Below the pieces are notes generated by a model. That model ran no database searches. It saw only the letters and a program-made list of their open reading frames with translations, and was not told the origin of the DNA. Made by a program: the position numbers and the translations under genes. From Octopus vulgaris (taxonomy: Eukaryota), in NCBI GenBank assembly GCA_951406725.2, contig OX597819.1, forward strand, positions 25,068,001 to 25,192,000: a stretch of DNA of 124,000 nt, given 5' to 3'. Positions 54,726 to 69,683 of this stretch are shown piece by piece (within the stretch, counting starts at the first letter, position 1; each line of letters starts with the position of its first letter).

Positions 54726-57700
54726 AGTAATTAATAAAAAAATTCTTGGCTTACTACATTAAATATATCAATAGCCACTTTGCTTTTAAGTTTCCATGCA
54801 GCAGAGGTCTCTGAGTACTTTGTTTTATATTCATCAGCCCAATGTCTTTGTCTATATAACATCTATGAAAGTATTAAGTCATCAGTATTTCAGGTGAGCA
54901 ATCAGCCGTAAAATGCATTAAGATTATGATTGGCGGAATTAATAACTGCTAAAATGCACCTATTACCTATAGCATTTCCCATTCTTTCTAGACACCTGTG
55001 ACCTTCATTACATTGTTAGTTGAATAGTGTATGGATTATAAGATAAATATCCAGTGTTAATCTTTAATCTATTTCTCTTAATTTCTTTTGAATTTTATGT
55101 ATTTTACATACACAAGGTCATCATTTGTTCTTAAGTTGTTGTTTTTTTTAACCCTGGGTCGAACCCCCATTAAGCATACCTACGAAAAGAAAGCATTGTT
55201 TTTATAATGGACTCATTTTTTTTTTCTAGCAATAGCATACTCCAGATTATATTACCCCATGTATCCTACCTTTTTTAAGATCTGCAGGGTGAATATTTAG
55301 AATGTTTTTGGTTGCTGTTTCTGGAAAGTTGAGTAACTATGTAGAAGTATCCTTGTTGACTGTAACTTCTGTTGTTTTTCTTAGTAGATAACCTTGGACT
55401 AATTTAATGAAACAGTTTGTGATATTTAAAAATATCTAGAGGAACACTTGTTGATTGTCTTGTCAGTTCGATATCCCCATATAAGATCTAGTGATTAATC
55501 CCATCATAATGATACTTGAATAATTTATATTAATATATCAATTTTCTATGGCCAGTGAAGCAATCAAACCATTTAATGATTGGACTTCAAAAGAATTAAA
55601 AAGAAAAAGAAAAAGAAACATAAATTAATTCTGCTATTTATGAGGTAAAACCAGCTGTCTGCATTACTGCACAGAATTAACAAATGAAAACGTTATAAAG
55701 ATTTAATTTTTATCCCAGTGTTCAACTAATAAATATTAGATTTAACTGAATTTCTGCATCCCCACCATCACTATCTCTCCGGCTTTATCCCATTTATTTC
55801 CTTCCTTCCTTCTGTCTGTCTGTCTATCCATCTGTCTATCTATAATGTGGGGTAGCCCTGAATCTCCTCTACATTAACAAACCTATTCTTGCCCCTCTTA
55901 TAGTACTTTTACCTTTCAACACCTTATTTAAAACCAATTTCATTCTCAGCTATGGAAGGATGAAAGGCAAAGTTGACTTCAGTGAGGTTTGAACACAGAT
56001 CATAAAGAGCCAGAGAAAAAAACCATAAAATATTTTCTCAGATACTATGATGATTTAGGCAGTTCACTGCCCTGATAATAAAAATAATTGTTTCAATTTC
56101 AGAAGTTTTGAAAGGAAGGTAGTAATCAATTACAGCAGCCTTGGTATGTGACTGGTACTTTATCAGCCTCGATAGAATGAAAAGCAAAGTTGGCCTCAGT
56201 AATTTTCAAACTCAGAAAGTAAAGAGCTGGAGAAAAATACCTCAAAATTTTAATGTTTCTAGTATTATTTGTAAGAGGGTCACAAAGCCTGAAATTTAGA
56301 GGAAGGTGATTAGTTGATTATATTGAGCTGATGGTGCTCTATTTCATCAGTCCCTAGAAGGATAAAAGGCAGAGTGGGATCATCATCATCATCGTTTAAT
56401 GTTTGCTTTCCATGCTAGCATGGGTTGGACGATTTGACTGAGGGCCGGTGAACCGGATGGCTGCACCAGGCTCCAATCTTGATCTGGCAGAGTTTCTACC
56501 GCTGGATGCCCTTCCTAATGCCAACCACTCTGAGAGCCTAGTGGGTGCTTTTACATGCCACCGGCATGGGGGCCAATCAGGCGGTACTGGCAATGACCTT
56601 GCTTGAATATTTTTTACACGTGCCACCGGCACAAGTACCAGTAAGGCGACGCTGGTAATGTGGTAATGATCATGCTCAAATGGTGCTTTTTACATGCCAC
56701 CGGTACGGAAGCCAGTCAGCCGCTCTGGCCATGATCACGCTTGGCTGGTGCTCTGGTAATGATCACACTCGAATGGTGCCTTTTATGTGCCACCGGCACG
56801 GAAGCCAGTTGGCCACTCTGTCGATGAGATCACGAACACAAAATGTAAAATTTTGGAACAAATATCAAAAAAGCATTTTGTAATTGTTCAAACAATTCTG
56901 CTAATCCACTACTCTTAATAATAATTGTAATAATAATCCTCGCCAATGCTAGTGTTCACATGAAAAGTACCTATTCTATTCTGTAAAGTGGTTGGCATTA
57001 GGAAGGGCACCCTGCTGTGAAAACCATGCCAAAGCGAATATTGTCAGTACTAGTGCTATGTAAAAAGTACCCAGCTCACTCTGTAAAGTGGCTGGCATTA
57101 GGAAGGGCATCCTGCCATAAAAACCAAGCTAAACAGACAATGGTGTTTGGTTCAGTCCTCTAGCTTGTCAACTCCTGTCAAAGCATCCAAGGTATACCAG
57201 CATGGAAGATAGGAGGTTAGGTGATGATGATGATAATGATGATGAATATAGGTAAAAGGCCTGAAATTTTGTGGAATTGGGTAGTTGATATATCGACGCC
57301 TGTGCTTAACTCATACTTAATTTTATCAACTCTGAAAGGATGAAAGGCAAAGATGACCTCAGCAGGATTTAAATTTGGAAGAACTGCTGCTGAAATTTTA
57401 TCTGGTGCTCTAACAACCTTACCAGTTTGCCATCTGGTAATGTTAATATTAATACTAATACAAATAATTATACTCATAGTAATTATTTCTAATTTAGCTC
57501 CTAGGCCAGTAATTTTGGCAGGGAGAGGTTTGTTGATTAAATTGGCCCCAATACTTGATTAGTACTTTTACAACAAAAATCTTTATAATTTAATTGGTTT
57601 CAACAAATTACTTTATACCATGACATGAAGTAATCTAAAAATTTCATAATTAAGATTAATTAATTAATACATAACAAATTTTAAAAAAAATATTTTTATA

Positions 57701-58223
57701 TTTTTTTTCAGTTTACATTAGTTGTACTTCCCTTCTTCTTTCATTTCCTTATAGTATTTTTTTAAAAAGAGAAAAAGTCTTCTTCCACATCATTTATACT
57801 TCACAAACCTCATGTAATTTCTGCAAAACCAGAACGTTTTTCTCTTTTATTTCTGCTTTCTTTGCAAGCTTTTATTGAAACATTCTTCATTGTTTGTTTC
57901 TCTCTTTAATCGGTGGCATTTCTTTTTAAATGTTCACACTTAAAATATCATCAAGCTCTCAAACATTCCGCCCTTTGCCAAATCTATTTCTCCTTTTTGG
58001 CTCTCCCTCTTTCTCTCTCTCTCTCTCTCAATCTCCATTTTCCTTTCTCATTTTCTCTGTTCTTTTTTATCTCTTCTTTATCTTCCATCCTCTCCTTTCC
58101 TTTTCTCTCTCTCTCTCTCTCCCTCTTTCATTTCACTTTCCTTTATTCTGTTATTTTCTTATATTTCTCTCTTCAATGAATAATGCACACACATACATGC
58201 ACACATATTTTCACAGATCCGTT

Positions 58224-58666
58224 CATTTATTTCAGTGTCTATTAGAACCTCTTTCACTCCTCCCTCTCTCTATCCATCCTCTCCCTCTCTATCTCTCTTC
58301 TCTTTTCTTCTCTCCCTCCCCATCTCTCTCAACCCATCTCTTTCTCTCTCTCTCTGACACACACACACACACACACACATACACATTTATTTCAGTGTCT
58401 ATTAGAACCTCTTTCACTCCTCCCTCTATCTATCCATCCTCTCCCTCTCTATCTCTCTTCTCTTTTCCTCTCTCCCTCCCCATCTCTCTCAACCCATCTC
58501 TCTCTCTCTCTGACACACACACACGCATACACATTTATTTCAGTGTCTATTAGAACCTCTTTCACTCCTCCCTCTCTCTCTATCCATCCTCTCCCTCTCT
58601 ATCTCTCTTCTCTTTTCTTCTCTCCCTCCCCATCTCTCTCAACCCATCTCTCTCTCTCTCTCTCTG

Positions 58667-58698
<32 letters not shown>

Positions 58699-58700
58699 AC
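58224..58700. repeat. Three tandem ~150-160-bp pyrimidine-rich units
   Basis: CATTTATTTCAGTGTCTATTAGAACC starts at 58224, 58384, 58532. Confidence 0.85.
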
Positions 58701-59989
58701 ATACACACAAGAAGGCCCTACCTTATATAAACCTATTGTTCTTCATTCACAAAAGAGTCTCAAACACTTAAGCAAACTGGTTGATATACATACATACATA
58801 CATACATCTACACACATCTATACACACATACACACATCACAATAAAACAACAAATAACAAAAATCAAAAGCTACTGTTACAACAACAACAACAACAGCAA
58901 GAACAGGAACATTACAAGTGACATGTAGTTTTGTGTACATATAAAAGACTGCTACTGACATCTTCTTTCTAAATAGAAGTTCAGTTTACATAAAGGTGTT
59001 TAACATTTTTGGGGTCAGAAAATGTTAGCTGCTGTGAGAAATTCTGTCCCTGCATTGGCAATATATAATGGGGGTGGTGATGGTGGTAGGGAGTTCTGAT
59101 AATGTAGCAAATACTTTTTCTATATCATCATCTCATCCTACTCCCTTCTTTGTCCCTGCTACCACCATAGCCAACCATGTAGAGAGGGGGAGGGGTAGAG
59201 TAATTGTTTCATTATTGTTGTTGCTGCTGTTATGGTTCTCTTGTGTTTTGTTTTTGTTATACATTCAAGTCAATTCATTCCTATTATGTGTTTGTGTTTG
59301 TTATTGTTGCCATTTAGTAGCAAGTCAGCCAAGACTGTCAGACTTATGATCAAAGGCATTCCAGATGTGACCATCCCATTGCAGGCAGTGAACCACATTA
59401 TTCAATGATTTTTTTTTATTTTCTAAAAAGACAGTTATTATTTGTAAGTCTAGTACTTATTCTACTGGTCGCTTTTGCCAAACTGTCAAGTTACAGGGAT
59501 GTAAACACACCAACATTGGTTGTCAAGTGATGGTGGTGGGGACAAAACACACACATAGATACACATACATATGTACATATATGTATGTATGTATGTATGA
59601 CGGGTCTCTTTCCGTTTCTGTCTACCAAATCCATCCACAAGTCTTTGGTCGGCTTGAGACTATAATAACAGACACTTGCCGAAGGTGCCATGCAGTGGGA
59701 TTGAACACGGAACCATGTGGTTGGTAAACAAGCTTCTTACCACACAGCCACAGACTCAAATAAAAGTACTGGGATCAATTTGTTATTCAACTAAACCATT
59801 CAAGGTGATGCCCCATCATGGCTGCAATCTAATGAATGTTACAAGTAAAAAGGAAATTAAGATAAAAGATATTGCTTGATCAGAGCTGATCTGGGGTTAC
59901 ACAACAATAAAAACAAGTATAAATGATAACTATTTGACTCGCAAATAGAAAGCATCTTAACATATATAGCAGTGTAGTAACAGATGTAA

Positions 59990-60401
59990 TCTTTATATAT
60001 AAAAGAGAGGTTGTGTGCTGTCTGTCTCCTACGATTTAGATTCCTAACTACTCCCACATTTTGCGGTGCAGTTTAACCAAAACCAGGTATCTTATAGTCG
60101 TCATTCATATCGAGCCCTTCTGGGTATTAGCGCACGTCTATGATGAGTCTACGATTTAAAAAAAAAATTACCATCAATTTTTCCCATTTTTAATGCATTT
60201 TTGGCATACATAAGGGAAGTAACTCTCTAAAAATTTATTATTAAATCTCAGAACGTAAAAAGCTACAGTAACACCCCCCTTTGTGGTTAGCCATATTGAG
60301 ATGGCTATTATACTTTACATCTCTAAAAATGTTTATATAATTATTTCCCTTATATAGTTATTTCCCTTACAAACCCGAGCAATGCCGGGCGATACTGCTA
60401 G
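59990..60401 (+). mobile_element. Non-autonomous Helitron, type 1
   Basis: A|TC...hairpin...CTAG|T. Confidence 0.87.
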
Positions 60402-61097
60402 TTTACTATAAACCAGTGAGAGAACCTCTCAGTAATATCTTGATTTGCTATAAATAGCTGTCATTGTCTTTCCAAAATTGAACTCTACCACCTTATAAGA
60501 ATGAAGGATGCATTGATAAGGTCATTTTGGAATGTCTTTTTGTATATCATCATCTCATCCTACTCCCTTCTTTGTCCATTGCCTACCACCATTGCCAACC
60601 ATATATAGAGAGGGAGGGGGTAGAGTAATTATTTCATTATTGTTGTTGTTGTTGTTATGGTTCTCTTGTGTTTTGTTCTGTTATACATTCAAGTCAATTC
60701 ATTCTTATTATGTGTTTGCGTTTGTTATTGTTGCCATTTAGTAGCAAGTCAGCCAAGACTGTGCAGACTTATGATCAAAGTCTGCTTGATCAGTCATAAC
60801 TCTGATGGATAAACAACAACAACAACAACAATAACAACAACAATATCAATATAGTTACACTGGTTTAGTATCTCTCTCATTTTTCTCTTCCTAGCTAGCT
60901 CTACCTCTCTTTCTGTCTAACACTCTGTTTCTCTTTCTCTTTCTCTCTCGTTTTCTTCCTCACTCACTCCCACCTGCCCCCCCCCCCTCTCTCTCTCTCT
61001 CTCTCACTTTGTTACCTTCTCACTTTCTTCTTTGGAAGTCTGTTTCCCTGTATTGTTATGTATATGTTTCAACATTTGTACAGACACAAATTCACAG

Positions 61098-61201
<104 letters not shown>

Positions 61202-61527
61202 GAGAAATAGTTTAGCAGACATTCAACACAAACCCTTATTCATAAACCTATAACATAAAATAAAAGCACAGCAACAAAAAAAAAAAAAAGAAACATTGAA
61301 TTTTACTTCCTCTTGAATAATAAACATCAAGTTCAGATTGATGGCTGTTTGCTTGCTTATTCTTCTAATGAGAGTGGATATGGTTCACATAGTCATTTTA
61401 TTGCTTCACAACAATTGTATGTCCACACCTAAAGACATGTATGTGTGTGTGTTTTTTGTTAGTTCTCATAATTATGGCCATGCTAGAGCACCATTTTCAG
61501 TGAGGAATATTTTTTTATATGTATGTA

Positions 61528-61722
61528 TACTCTTTTACTTGTTTCAGTCATTTCACTGCGGCCATGCTGGAGCACTGCCTTTACTCGAGCAAATCGACCC
61601 CGGGACTTATTCTTTGTAAGCCCAGTACTTATTCTATTGGTCTCTTTTGCCGAACCGCTAAGTAATGGGGACGTAAACACACCAGCATCGGTTGTCAAGC
61701 AATGCTAGGGGGACAAACACAG

Positions 61723-61753
<31 letters not shown>

Positions 61754-61925
61754 CATATATGCGACAGGCTTCTTTCAGTTTCCGTCTACCAAATCCACTC
61801 ACAAGGCATTGGTCGGCCCGGGGCTATAGCAGAAGACACTAGCCCAAGATGCCACGCAGTGGGACTGAACCCGGAACCATGTAGTTCATAAGCAAGCTAC
61901 TTACCACACAGCCACTCCTGCGCCT
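61528..61925 (-). mobile_element. SINE family A
   Basis: Family match. Confidence 0.85.
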
Positions 61926-62179
61926 ATATATATAATTTTTTGTTATGTATATCCTAGATTAAAGATTTTAGTTTAGCTGCTAAACTTGGAAGATCAATAA
62001 TTTACTGGGTTGTTGTTGTTGATTAATCTCAAGCCATTCTTGAATCATTATTCAATGTATGCTTCCTTTTATTAAGGTGGTAGTGTATATTTTGAGGGAA
62101 TCTTTTGTTACTACTTTTAGCATGATAAACGACCACATTGAATCCTCAAATTGATGAATTACAACCTACTGTAAGTAGC

Positions 62180-62900
62180 TGGTGCACATAGTTAACTATA
62201 GTGCATGTCAATATCCTTTAAAAGTCTCAAGGAAGACTTTATTTAAGTCTCTCAGCCCTTTTAGAAGGCAGATAGATGACGAGCTATTGCAGTATAGATT
62301 TCTAATACAGGATTGTGAAGGTATGTATAACTTTGGGGGTCAAATAGTAAATTTTTTCTTTTTTATCATTCCTTATAACAGTCCAAAAATTTGAGCAAGA
62401 CCAATGGTTTTCATTAGTAGTTTTCACTCTTTAAGAAATTCCAAGAAGCAAAATCCTAACCTTCCAGCTTTTGATCTAGTTTGGTTTCTAATGTAAAATG
62501 CTGTGGTGGACTATTTTAAAGGCTTTGGTGAGGCCTAAAAGTATATGTTATAATAGATTTTTGTCACTTTAGCATTAAGTTGTGCTAAAAAATGTTTTTT
62601 ATAAGTAATTTCTTTCTGGGAAAGGAAGTCTGCTGGATATAATTTAATGAATTCCATATTTAAAAAAAAAAAAGAAGTTTATTATCTTTCTGCATACAAT
62701 TCCCTCTAGATCTTTTGAAGAACTGATGTTAGAACTACATGTCTGTAGTTGCTTTTGTGCTTTTCTCCTGCTTTTAGGAATTAGTATTAGCATAGTGTTT
62801 TTCAGCATTATTGGCAGACGACCAATGTTTAAATAATTTTGGTAGTGTGTTTTCAGGGAGTTTACAAAGTTGTTTTGCAGAATGATTTTATGAAGAAAGT
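62180..62900 (-). pseudogene. Heavily decayed CR1-like reverse transcriptase fragment
   Basis: GRLPIMLKNTMLILIPK...K.LEGIV..KI..F and KAFKIVHHSI (cf. KAFDxVxH) in broken frames. Confidence 0.45.
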
Positions 62901-64796
62901 TGCAAGACTGCCTAGTTTTGAGCTTAGTATGCATCAAGACATCTTATTATTTTGGTGATTTTTTTTTCTTTTAGAATTGTATGTTACATCACTGTGATAA
63001 GTAGTTGACTCTTTTCATCTTTTAATCAAGAGATAAGGCAGTGCCCATGATCCAGGCCTTTAAGCAGGTGAGAGCTAGGTATCCTCAAAACCTAACACTT
63101 GACCCAAATGCTTGTTATAGATTAGTTTCTGCTAAAGGCACCCAAGGTTGCCAGATGGATGACACATTAAGTCTACCACCCAAGTAGGCCACAGCAAGAT
63201 TTGAACACAGTACACAAAGAACCAGAACAAATTCTGCAAGGCATCTAGTTTGATATTCTTTCAATTCCATCAGTCTACCATTCTGGGTCAGTACTTTTTT
63301 AATGATCCCCAAAAGAAGAAAAATAAGTTTACCTCAATAGGATTTGAACTCAAATCCTAGAGAGCCATAACAAATACTGCAAGTTATTCTATCTGACACT
63401 TTTATGACTGTCAATTTGCCACGTAAGTATCAAATATCTTTTGATGTTTAATTTGTCGCTTTCTCCTTGGTAAAGAGAAAACGCTTTCATGTTATTCTTT
63501 GAGTAGTTGACAAATACCAAAAGGGTCACCAGGTATACAAGCCATTTGGAGACTCTGAGTTGGTCAAGGTTGTAGATTGTTACCTTGTGGAAGAAAGCTT
63601 TTGTATTCATTTGACCAACCACAATGAAATCTTGTATTATTAGTCATTCCTCTTCAAAGGATCATATCAGTGCAGTGTCAATATTTTTGATTTAATCTTC
63701 TTTCGGTCGGTCTCTGCGTGAGAGCTAGATTAAAGAAATCTTTAGCAACATTTGAACTTTTCATTGTGGGTATTCACCTGTCTCCAGAAATACTGCAGCG
63801 TAATTTAGTTGAATACCTGAGAATGTAAGTTAAGTTTTCAGTCTTCCTCACTTATGAAAGTCTGTTTTCTTTCCCAGAATTAAACTGGTTCAAAATTGAT
63901 CGACTAATCTACTTTTCATACTTTATCAGTGATTGCCTTCCAGTTAGATTTAGGGGAATCAGTGTATATGTATATCTATATAATCAGTATGTGTATATTT
64001 CAGAACACTTGCTTTTCTAGGCAATGGATTTGTAATAAGAATACTAAATCTAATCAAGCTGGCAATACAGTTCATTGCTAGTAGCACTGCTATGGCTACT
64101 ACGAGTACTACAATATCACCAGTGACAGTAAAAATAATAAAGTGGTAATGAGGGAACCTTTATGTAATCGCTTGATCTGCTAGAAATAACAGCCATTTTT
64201 TAAATTCAAACCACACACAACCTTCTTAACAAAAATAAACAGAAAGACAACATTAGCCAGTGTGATCCTAGACATACAAAAGAATAGGTTGGTTGTTGCT
64301 GGAAATACCTTTGATCATAGGTTCAAATGCTTTTGTTCAATCAGGACTGATCTGGGGTTAAACAACATTAACAACAAATAACAAGTCCATAATGGATCGT
64401 CCATGTGGTTTCATGGTATGCTGGAAACAGCAGCTAAATCTCTCTCTCTCTCTCCCTGTGTTTCAACTAATACATTACTATCTTAAAAAATGGAAATGAC
64501 ACATTGCTATCTTAAAAAAAGGAAATAATGTGGTCTTGTATTTGAAGGAAAAAAGTGAGATAATTGCAGTAGGGGTCATTATTGAACTGATGTTAAACAA
64601 CAACAACAGCAACAAAGATAGCAACATTAAACATATAGTAGTCAAGATAATTTGTATTAAGCATCACTGAACTCTTTGTCTCTCTACTGAGGCTCTGTTA
64701 AAGGTAAATATATGGCTTACCATTTCATTCTTGAAGTCTGTTGAAGGTTTTGGGGTACAATTCTGTAAGTTTAGGAAATGGTAATTTATTATACAA

Positions 64797-65165
64797 CTAG
64801 CAGTATCGCCCGGCGTTGCTCGGGTTTGTAAGGGAAATAACTATATAAGCATTTTTAGAGATGTAAAGTATAATAGCCATCTCAATATGGCTAACTACAA
64901 AGTGGGGGTGGTGTTACTGTAGCTTTTTACGTTCTGAGATTTAATAATAAATTTTTAGAGAATTACTTCCCTTATATATGCCAAAAATGCATTAAAAATG
65001 TGAAAAATTGATGGTAAATTTTTTTTTAAATCGTAGACTCCTTGTAGACGCGCGCTAATACCCAGAAGGGCTCGATATGAATCACGACTATAAGATACGC
65101 GGTTTTGGTTAAACTGCACCGCAAAATGTGGGAGTAGTTAGGAATCTAAATCGTAGGAGACAGAC
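64797..65165 (-). mobile_element. Non-autonomous Helitron, type 1, 5' tip missing
   Basis: 3' CTAG and hairpin intact; homology stops about 20 nt short of the 5' TC. Confidence 0.8.
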
Positions 65166-65634
65166 AAAGATGTTTCCACCACTTGCATTCTGCGAACTAT
65201 ATGCTCTCATAGTTTCTATTTGTAACTAGATGGAATGAACCCTTGAAAGTTACAAATGGATTATTATGAAGCACTAGTAATGACTTAATAAATCACTGTC
65301 CTTGGACAGGAAAATTAACATGTTATTCATGAAGCTGATACTATCATGTAGGTACAAGAATGTTAATAAAAGATAATTAAAAGTTGAAACTCTATAATTG
65401 ATTGAAATATTTCCTGCTAATTAAAATATTCTTTATATATAATCTATAATTCTATAATCTGTCTGTGAGAGACATTTAAGGCTTCACAGTTGTTAACCTT
65501 TTAACCTGAGGCAGCTATAAACATGAATTCTAAAACTGATCAGTTTTACAACCCACGTATTTTGTATGGCTTTCAAATGTAATTGCTGAGAGGATGTAGT
65601 ATTTGACTATTGATTCATTTGTCTTGAGTTGAAA

Positions 65635-66007
65635 TCTCTCTCTATATAAATGGCAGTTTGTCTGTCTGCGTGTCTGTATGTCTGTTAGGTTGTACCCTCA
65701 CCCTGACCACGGCTTTCAACTGATTCTGATGAAACTTGACACACACATAGCCCAATGTCATACTTCAAAACTAACGCAGCGAAAATTTTGAAAAGTTCCC
65801 CCAGTTCTGAATAAAATCGATAAATTCGACATGGGGTCGAGAATCAGAAACACAAACCACAGACTGTCTAGGGGACGCAACTCGACCTTTTTAACTCTCA
65901 AAAAAAAATTTACCATCATTTTTTTCCATTTTTTGGTTATAACTCTCTAAAAATGCTTTATAGTTATTTCCCTTAGAAACCCGAGCAATGCCGGGCGATA
66001 CTGCTAG
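65635..66007 (+). mobile_element. Chimeric Helitron (type-2 5' part, type-1 3' end)
   Basis: 5' ~200 nt matches the 39916 copy; 3' ~70 nt matches type 1 (GTTATTTCCCTTA.AAACCCGAGCAATGCCGGGCGATACTGCTAG|T). Confidence 0.8.
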
Positions 66008-68025
66008 TCCACTATAGGCTTTCAGTGTACTTGAACAAGACATTGAAATTTTATGTATTTTTAAAAAGAAATTGTTGTCACTTACTTTCCTTTTTCTCAA
66101 CATCTCTCTCTTGTCTTGCATCACCCTTAGTTTCCTTAGACATATCACCTTGAAAGTATTAACACATCATAGAATAAAGAGGACTCTGTAGTCTCAGATA
66201 ATAAATGGAAAACTTCACTAGTCCCAAAGTTATAGAATTTACCTACTGTATAAAATGGTTGGTGATAGATAGAACATAAATTTGTAAAAAAAATCATACT
66301 AAAGTTAAAGCATTTGAGTGAGGCATGGTCCTTTGCCCCCCTCTAGGAGGCTGGCAACTCTGAATAAGAACTGATTCAGACTGTCACAACCCATCCACCC
66401 CATTAATTATTTACTTAAGCCAGGTTTTGTTGGCTTTTGAATTATCATCAATGTTTTTGTAACTTAACATTTTTCATGTAGGGTTGGTCGGGTTGTTGAC
66501 CCTACGCAAATCCATTTTTACCTTGGAGAAGAGGTGGTCTATATTAGTCCGACTTCTATCCTTTGACCTGCCCTGAAGTATACAAACCATTACACTGCAA
66601 CAAGTACTAGATCTTGTAGTGGTGTTTAACCTATGCATCATGGAAAGTAGATGTAAAATTATGATGATGTTTATGATGACTAACAGTATCTGTGACCCTT
66701 ACCAGAACCTTCTGAGATTGGTGGGAAGAAGACAGGAAGTTATCCTCTGACTGGTGACCTGGCTTGAAATGCTTACAACTGAGTGGACTCTTCTTAAGAC
66801 AACCAAGAGCCAGGTGTTAAACTAAGTGATGGATTAAGTCTACTGCCTGTTATATGAGACAGACTAACTTCTTATCCCAAGGGATATTTATTTCTTATTT
66901 GCTTAACATCATGAAGCCAGAATTAAAACACAAGTCTTTAAAATAACCCCTTAGGGTTTATGAAACATTTATACACATTCATGTAATCTAGCTGTCAAGA
67001 ATAAAGGATTATTCTATCTGGGAAAGATTTATTTCTCATTTACTTAATAAATATTCATGAAACTGAAGCAAATCACTAGTCCCTAAGAGCTCTTTGGGGA
67101 TACTGAAAGTATTTTTATTACAATTTTATTATTAGTTGTGAAATTGGAATTGTATCAAACACCATGAAAGTCTGTGATCCAGTTTTAATACTCAATTACG
67201 CTAATACTCTTGGGAAAAGCATAACCATCATACATTGGCAGTTCCTTACAAAGACCTGACCCCTGTAAGAAATTCAATTTTGGTATTGAACTTAAACTAT
67301 AAAATATAGCTGTGAGGTTAAGAAGTTCTCTTCCCAAATGCTTGGTGGCTGAGTGGGTTTTAGTTACAAAATACTTAACACTGGGTAAGTGTTATCTACT
67401 ATTTAGTGTTGAGTTGACCAGTGACTTATGAGTGAAAATTTGGTAGACACTGTGTGTAAACCAGTGTTTATATATATGTGAATGTATGTGTCTGTCTGTC
67501 TGTCTGTATGTATGTATGTATGTATGTATGTATGTATGTATGTATGTAGTACGTATGTGTGGGTGTAGGGGGTGGGTATAAGTACACATGTGCACATGCA
67601 CTCTCGTACATTTGTGTATAATGTTTACAAAGGACTGTAGCAAATGGCAAGGTGTTGTTAGACCTGTCCAACCTATGTCAGCATGGAAAGATGGATGCTT
67701 GATGATATGGGTGATGATAATGATGATGATAATGATGACATTGATAATTATGATGATGATGATGATGATGATAATGATACTGACAACAATGGAAATGACA
67801 ATGAGGAAAAATAATGATAATGATGACAACAATGATGATAGAGATAGTGGGATGATTTTAATCATAATGATGGTGATGGTTATGGTAATAGTAATGGTTA
67901 GGCTGAGGGAGATTAGTGTGTGATGGAGATGGTGGCGATTGTAGCAATGGTGGAATTGGAGATGATGGTGATGATGCTGAAGGTGAAGGTGATAATAACA
68001 AAGAGGATATAGAAAAGGAATTTAT

Positions 68026-68260
68026 AAGGCAGCGAGCTGGCAGAAACGTTAGCACACCGGGCGAAATGCTTAGCAGTATTTCATCTGCCATTATGTTCTG
68101 AGTTCAAATTCCGCCAGGGTCGACTTTGCCTTTCATCCTTTCGGGGTTGATAAATTAAGTACCAGTTACACACTGGGGTCAATGTAATCAACTTAATCCC
68201 TTTGTCTGTCCTTGTTTGTCCCCTCTATGTTTAGCCCCTTGTGGGCAATAAAGAAATAAG
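68026..68260 (+). mobile_element. SINE family B
   Basis: Family match. Confidence 0.8.
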
Positions 68261-69396
68261 AAAAGGAATTTACAAGATTTAATCCTACAATAATGACTCA
68301 GAGAGTATAAGTGGAAAAAAGTTTTTTGTTTTTTTCCTTTTTCAGGTAGACACACAGACTGAAATTATTATTATTATTATTATTTTTTTTTTTTTTTTTG
68401 CAGCAAGAATGTTGGGGTCACATGACTGGAATCTTTACTTTTTAAGTACATTAGAGAAATGAATGACAAGAAATTATTACGTTATGGAAGACTAGATTTA
68501 CTTATTTCTAGATATTTGGAGTTACTTACATGTGTTCCATACTTGTTAATTTTTAATGTCACTGCCCTCTGTCTCTGCTTTTGCTGTAACCTAAATGTCT
68601 TTTATGATCAAAAATAGGTATTCTTATTTTGATAGGCTCCTAGAGCATAAAAAAACCCTAGGAAAATTGAGATATATCAACTCTATCTTAACTAAACAAG
68701 AGCAACAATGAGGAATTGAACTAAATTCCAGATTCATTTCAGCAAGGACTTCCACTTACCTTTTATTATCCACTTACCTCTTATTATCATATGGAACTGA
68801 CATATCTACTTCCCTGCATACATACATACATACCTACATATATACTTACAATAGATACATGTATGCATACATATGTGTTTGTGTGTGTGTATGTATGTAT
68901 GTATATATAAAATCTTTTGTTTAATTAATATTAACAACACCTCATTATTGTCTTTGACACTGGCAGTCGTGATGTGAAAATAAAAATTTACACCAGCAAC
69001 ACCTACAATATCAAGATAAAGTAAAGCTACAAAGTATTCTAAATCTTATGAAAACAAAGCCAAAATAGCAATTACCAGAAGCCAATTACTTTATAATTAC
69101 TTCATAAAACTACTTTTGGCGTGGAACCCGTCTCAAAATCTGTTATATTCCCTAGAGAACATATGACATTTCAAAACTAAGTAACTGAAATATAATAATA
69201 ATAAAAAAAAAAACAAACAACAACAACAACTGTGATCACTTAAGTGCTGGTATTAAAACTGATGGTTTCCAGCCCATCTTGCTCTCTTTCTCGTTAATTA
69301 CTTTGATTGTTTCTTTTTCTCATCATATTTCTATTTATTTAATTTTATTCTCTTACTCATCCTGTTTCTTTTTGTGTGTTTTTTTTTAATTTCCAG

Positions 69397-69493
69397 ATCT
69401 CTTAAATAATTACAAGTTCCACCATAAAGATCTTATAGGCAATGTACCATTAACAATTGACAAAAAGAACCACCAGTTGTTGCTTGGGGCTAG
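69397..69493 (+). CDS. Sema5: Semaphorin-5-like exon 2 (Sema domain start)
   Basis: ttccag| DLLNNYKFHHKDLIGNVPLTIDKKNHQLLLGAR |gtatgt; LLxGAR Sema motif; phase 1 to 2. Confidence 0.9.
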
Positions 69494-69542
69494 GTATGTA
69501 CTTTCTGTTGCCATTTTGCCTTTTATATATTTTTAGTCTTTT

Positions 69543-69587
<45 letters not shown>

Positions 69588-69683
69588 GTTATTGTTATTG
69601 TTATTGTTATTATTATTGTTATTGTTATTGTTATTATTATTATTATTATTATTATCATTATTATTATTATTATTATTATTATT

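Noticed and set aside
56545-56825. Repeat-spacer-like pattern resembling a CRISPR array
   Set aside because: The 'spacers' are homologous to each other; it is a minisatellite within a eukaryotic retroposon, with no cas genes.
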